Assembly: GCA_020137815.1 (NCBI GenBank)
Contig: CM035359.1
Coordinates: 4,216,001-4,280,000, forward strand
Direction of reading: 5' to 3'
DNA length: 64,000 nt
Source: Hormiphora californensis
Taxonomy: Eukaryota; Animalia; Ctenophora
The notes under the pieces are model-generated. The model worked only from the letters and a program-made list of their open reading frames with translations. It ran no database searches and was not told the DNA's origin. Position numbers and translations under genes: made by a program. Shown piece after piece: positions 60,901-64,000 of the stretch. The first letter of the stretch is position 1, and each line of letters opens with the position of its first letter.

Positions 60901-63900
60901 ACTAAAAAGCATTGAAAAGACAAAATTATGATGAGTATGGTTAACATATAGTTTGTCAGAGATAACAAACATATAATGTAAGAAAAAAATCTGAAAATTG
61001 ATAAATTTGACTGCCAAAATTGATTCAATTGCCAGAATTTAAGTTTGCGCATATTGTTTTATTCATAACATAGTCATATCTTAATATTTTTTGATGCGGT
61101 TTTTTGTACTGGCTAGACCTAACAATTCTCTATTAGGTAGCAAATTTGCAGCGAAATCGATTTTTTTCCCTAAACGACCATCGCTACCCACTGTGTAGCT
61201 ATCGCGATAACCTATCTGCGATTAGCTATCCACGATTGGTTACTATTATATTATTTATTCGCGATAAGTTATAGTTATCCGCGATTACTAATTTGTTAGT
61301 TATCAGCGATTGATATCCGCGATTGGTTCTCCGCGATTATTTTATGATTTTGATTGTTAGTCATGGATAATGATCACGGATAAGCATTGATAATCAGATA
61401 TATCTGATACAATCAGGTTCTAGATGCTAATTCGCTCTTTTCTCGGATGTTTTTAAAATCGTCTTATATTTAAGACAGTCATAACTCTAGATATGACTAC
61501 CAATTATAACTGAAAATGCGGCAGTAAGCCTTATTTTATAAAATATATCTGATTCAATGTTAATTTAGACTCTGAATCGCTTCTTTGTAGGTGTTTTTAA
61601 AATCGTCTTAAATTTAAGACAGTCATAAATATAGATATGACTACCAATTATATCTGAAAATACAGCAGTTGACCTACGTTGGCAAAATATATATGATAAA
61701 ATCATGATTTATAGTTTAATTTGCTCTTTTCTTGGTTTTTTTGAAAATCGTCTTAAATCTTAATACAGTCAGATGCCCGTAACTGAAGAACCGTAACTCG
61801 GATTTGCTTGAAATTTTGAACGTGTGTTCAAGATGTCAAGGCAACACCACGTACCAAGCGGCGTATTCGTAGAACGACGGGAAGGCCGTCTTAAACGCCA
61901 AACAAAACTTAAGACAGTCATAACTTTTGTTATGACTGTCCGTTTTCTCTGTCCAAGCTTTAATACAAGGTACACCACTAGACCTATCGACTCCCAAAGT
62001 TTCATGGTGATAGCTGTAAAACTGTGGCCTCCATCGTGTACGCAAAAAAGTGGTACAGTCAAGGTGGTTAGTCACGCTAAAAGCGGCCATTTTGTCTAAA
62101 ATACGACCATCTGTAGCGCAAAAACCGTAACTCCGATTTGTATGAAATTTTGAACGTGTGCTCTAGGTGTCAAGGCAACACGAACTACCAAGTGGCATGT
62201 TCGTAGTACAACGGGAAGGTTGTCTAAAGCATAGTTGAAATTGCCGATTTCAGACAATAAGTATAGTAGCGCTGTCAAAATTTTCAAAAATTTTCAAAAA
62301 ATTCAAAAAATTTTTTTTTCGCAATTTCGATTTTCCATTCAATGGAAGCAAGAATGCTTGGAAAATGGACATTTTTAAGGGAAGGATGTTGGGGGGAGGG
62401 AGGATTGGGCCCCGGGCGCTTGCCAGCGCTATGATCTCTAGGTCCCTCTAATAATTGCACGTGCAAGTGTAGTTGCTAGGTGATCTCTGTCACACAATTT
62501 GCTTAGTAAGTAGTATGATATGATTGGCATCGCTACATATTGTTATAGCACACTAAAAACACGAATATTAAGACATTTTACAACCAGATGATATCAAAGT
62601 ACCCTTTCTAATTTCAGGTCTATCCTCCCTTGCTTTGGTTGCCACTCTCATAGCTCTCATCTCATTCCGGGACATTAGAAAGAGTTATAACACAAAGATT
62701 CACATCAGCCTCACTGCAGTTCTTCTATCAGGAAACATAGTCTTCATCGCAGGTAATTAATTATGATTCTGTATTACAATTCTAGACCGCGTGTTCTAAC
62801 ATCAAGTTTTGAGATACAATTCAAAAATTAATTTATAACTTAAAATTCCTTTCAGGTATAGAAAGAACTGAAGACAGCACGGTCTGTATGGGGGTTGCCA
62901 TTGCTCTCCATTACATATGGTTGTGTGTGTTCGGGTGGACCCTCGCAGAGTCATATAACATGTATCTTCTTTTCATTCGGATTCTGAATGTACACAGCCC
63001 CAAATTCGTCCTGAAACTAGGTATGCGTGTATGAAACCGGTCAGGAAATAGCCGTCACTGAAACCTGAGATATCAGTTCTCAGTGGAAAATAGCCGTGGC
63101 CGTGACCTTAACCTGAGGTTCAGGCACGACTGTTTTCCCACCAAACTACATATAACTTATCCCGCTATTATAATAATACCACCCTCCAATCACCAATTTG
63201 ATTCCCAGCTGTTCCTGCGATGTGCGTTCCTATGGTGATTGTTGCTGTCAGTGCAGTAATGTCACCGGATAGCTACGGTACTGATTACTATTGTGCACTA
63301 CACGGAAATGTCGTGTACTACGGTTTCGCAATACCCATTGGTAAATTATTATACAGAAAAATATAGTTTTCTACTGTCATACAAATTTCCACCTGGAATT
63401 CCCTGCTCGTAATATTTTCTGTCAGAATCTGTATAACACTGCTTGACCCTATTTCCATTTCTTCTAAATAACGAAACAGTGGTCAGAGCATTAGCCTGAC
63501 ATATTTTCTATGATTTTCTACATGACACTTATCCTCTCTTGTAGGTTTGGTTGTTATTATCAACACTGCAATATTCTGCTTAGTTTTATCTAAGATTTTC
63601 AAGAAGACACAGTATCAGAATTTTGATGGTAAGATGAAATAAATACACATTTTCTGTTTGGCGCCGAGACCCCATCTGATTGCTGAGAATCAAATTGGGG
63701 TATGGCACCGCCATACATCACATCTTACAATTTACTACCTTACAGCTCCATGAGACGTTCATTCTTTGACCGAAGTTACACTAAAATGGTCTACTAAATC
63801 ACGATTTAATCCCATATATATTCTCCGCCGGCAGGCCGAGTCCAGAAAGCGTTGTCCCAGATCAAGGCGATAGTAACTCTCTCCTGTCTACTTGGACTAA

Positions 63901-63984
63901 CCTGGGTGTTTGGATTTCTAACTTTCCGTAGTGAAGTGGATCTCGTCTTTCATTATCTATTCATCATCTGCAATGGCCTTCAAG
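39937..63984 (+). CDS. Adhesion GPCR (class B2), partial at both ends: PAN/apple, Ig, Ig, Cys-rich module, Ig-like, HRM, GAIN/GPS, 7TM. About 25 exons, including 39937-40106, 43699-43871, 45081-45248, 45956-46043, 52732-52878, 56341-56521, 58505-58571, 62618-62752, 62856-63020 and 63835-63984
   Basis: PAN CGALC...CVGFNYD...CSLF; Ig W...NQGMYLC and W...KGLYQC; GPS CHWFD...W...CSTNHL|TAFSILM; TM3 LHYIWLCVFGWTLAES, TM6 LLGLTWVFG, TM7 YLFIICNGLQG. GT-AG junctions with matching phases (one indel near 54587). The signal-peptide exon was not located. Confidence 0.9.
40494..42659. mobile_element. Head-to-tail pair of an unclassified non-autonomous element (long copy 40494-41903, internally deleted copy 41903-42659)
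   Basis: Both copies start TGTAGGATTTT and end AAAATTTTACAATG; multiple CGAG hairpins; 28-bp palindromic GTGTTATAAG/CTTATAACAC repeats near the right end. Confidence 0.8.
46779..48580. repeat. ~840-bp tandem duplication, each unit headed by a long loopless palindrome (centres 47046/47047 and ~47886)
   Basis: 47047-47800 aligns with 47887-48575; perfect 124-bp palindrome at 46985-47108. Confidence 0.85.
46813..46984. mobile_element. Tc1/mariner-pogo type MITE
   Basis: TA|CAGTCGGACC(C/T)CGATTTACCGGG ... CCGACTG|TA; a fragment of the same family lies at ~44357. Confidence 0.88.
51066..52196 (+). CDS. Intronless rhodopsin-like (class A) orphan GPCR nested in an intron of the adhesion GPCR
   Basis: 376 aa with seven hydrophobic segments; N-glycan sites NTT and NSD-region; TM1 GN, TM2 IALTD, TM3 MSLART (DRY variant), TM7 NSLINPIIY. 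Confidence 0.93.
   Translation: MTADNTTITNSISHNSDSDKYYCYFIGIICLFLLCIGNLLGNSTAITYFLRSIRTNIFSLVFFAIALTDLMTGILTFAVAECYLSAREPFFFGNYYFREVWGSLWNFTSRYSVYLTCVMSLARTLKIIFPFRPVRRTGLINAIVGYAVWLVITTPSFWNIPHYFKEEWCALALNKSLFSNDEYYTGWNGCLYYLVVLAIPILLLLPLPITAVSAGASVYRLWRQIRRQTAVKPRRKTHDECIQSGITIVIFAVIYLLLNMPYSAVYIYVQITAKAKNIPVFKVIANTMIKRYIIGFTHILSISLNSLINPIIYYNRIGEFATFVDGFTGRKRTISDPQQPRGSRVSGSEGGKSNKCSMASDYPVLVRGVPRSERTD
52851..53333 (+). repeat. 30-bp minisatellite x16 made of an exon 3' end plus splice donor
   Basis: Unit ACCTTTACAGGGA(T/C)AGTTCCACAATCAG|GT; reads GTFTG(I/T)VPQS in the exon frame. Confidence 0.97.
54831..55583. mobile_element. TA-TSD MITE (pogo-like)
   Basis: TA|GGGTAAG(C/A)TGGGG...CCCCATCTTACCC|TA; internal GGGCAAAGTGGCCC repeats in both orientations. 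Confidence 0.85.
56757..56819 (-). ncRNA. Inverted copy of the hammerhead ribozyme
   Basis: Reverse complement of 58291-58353. Confidence 0.78.
57244..58251 (+). CDS. Penelope RT C-terminus/thumb plus GIY-YIG endonuclease (truncated)
   Basis: VNILDVT, YKKPN, SNHP, IIWYNPPFS, KLSYSC, CNC-x5-CP-x4-C, GVVY...YVG.T...FKTRF..H, CSLCLAEK. Confidence 0.92.
   Translation: MFKNNQLKITVEQTGKIVNILDVTLSAINGSYKPYKKPNSNIAYVKRASNHPSSILKNIPASIQKRLSCISSTEEEFEGAKEEYQAALKTAGYSKELMYEQRGRTGKPKNRKRQRKIIWYNPPFSKNVATNIGERFFELVRLHFPPQHPFHALFNKKTIKLSYSCMINMDGIVKSHNKAILKKAEDEEKQSERQCNCRIPENCPVGNTCLKSGVVYEALIKHSNGVEQKYVGMTGGSFKTRFNGHMATIRHDKHRTATELSKLVWSLHDRQITYDITWQIIAKAPPYRPGNITCSLCLAEKFAILTRKGLINKKWELLNKCPHRRGHLASLQQTV
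58291..58353 (+). ncRNA. Minimal type I hammerhead ribozyme in the Penelope pLTR
   Basis: Core CTGACGA, stem II TGC-GAAA-GCA, GAAA, short stem III ACTA-T-TAGT, GTA cleavage triplet; stem I CAAGTTTT..TTTTT pairs with AAAAA..AAAACTTG. Confidence 0.8.
59156..59588. mobile_element. Foldback/MITE with ~110-bp inverted arms
   Basis: ACTAGATCCAAAAACCAAACACG...GCTGTTAAATT and its reverse complement; no TSD visible. Confidence 0.75.
59824..61195. mobile_element. Non-autonomous Transib/RAG-like element (CACAGTG ends, 5-bp TSD TAGCT)
   Basis: TAGCT|CACAGTGGGTA ... TACCCACTGTG|TAGCT; no transposase ORF. Confidence 0.82.
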
Positions 63985-64000
63985 GTACTTACAGAATTGT

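Larger units (their letters stand above)
58615..62518 (-). mobile_element. Long non-autonomous Helitron copy with nested or captured repeats
   Basis: Same TC... and hairpin-CTAG ends as 14983-16025. Contains a foldback (59156-59588), the CACAGTG element and ~145-bp tandem repeats (61434-61775). Confidence 0.75.

Overview
Repeat-rich, intron-containing animal DNA, not prokaryotic. A ctenophore source is inferred from the style of the intronless rhodopsin-family GPCR and the nested gene layout; this is not proven. Spliced genes were read by hand from GT-AG junctions and phase continuity: an ARHGAP11-like RhoGAP (-, runs off the left edge), a Shisa/WBP1-like 6-Cys single-pass membrane protein (+), a KEN-box protein with a weakly Treslin-like N-terminus (-), ANKLE1 (-), and a large adhesion GPCR (+; PAN, Ig, Ig, Cys-rich, Ig-like, HRM, GAIN/GPS, 7TM; runs off the right edge) that carries an intronless class-A GPCR nested in an intron on the same strand. 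Mobile DNA includes a full-length CR1-group LINE, a Penelope element with inverted pseudo-LTR and hammerhead ribozymes, Helitrons, two Academ-like foldbacks, several MITEs and a CACAGTG-ended element with a 5-bp TSD and asymmetric bipartite (RSS-like) ends. The strongest leads are: (1) splice junctions that have been tandemly amplified, including 16 in-frame donors in the adhesion GPCR; (2) the RSS-like Transib/RAG-type element; (3) ANKLE1 with substitutions at two catalytic positions; (4) covarying GNA-triloop hairpins with tandem G.A mismatches in unclassified tandem elements. The consensus has scattered single-base indels at homopolymers and one clearly low-quality stretch (~24.7-26.0 kb), so frameshifts are not read as pseudogenisation.
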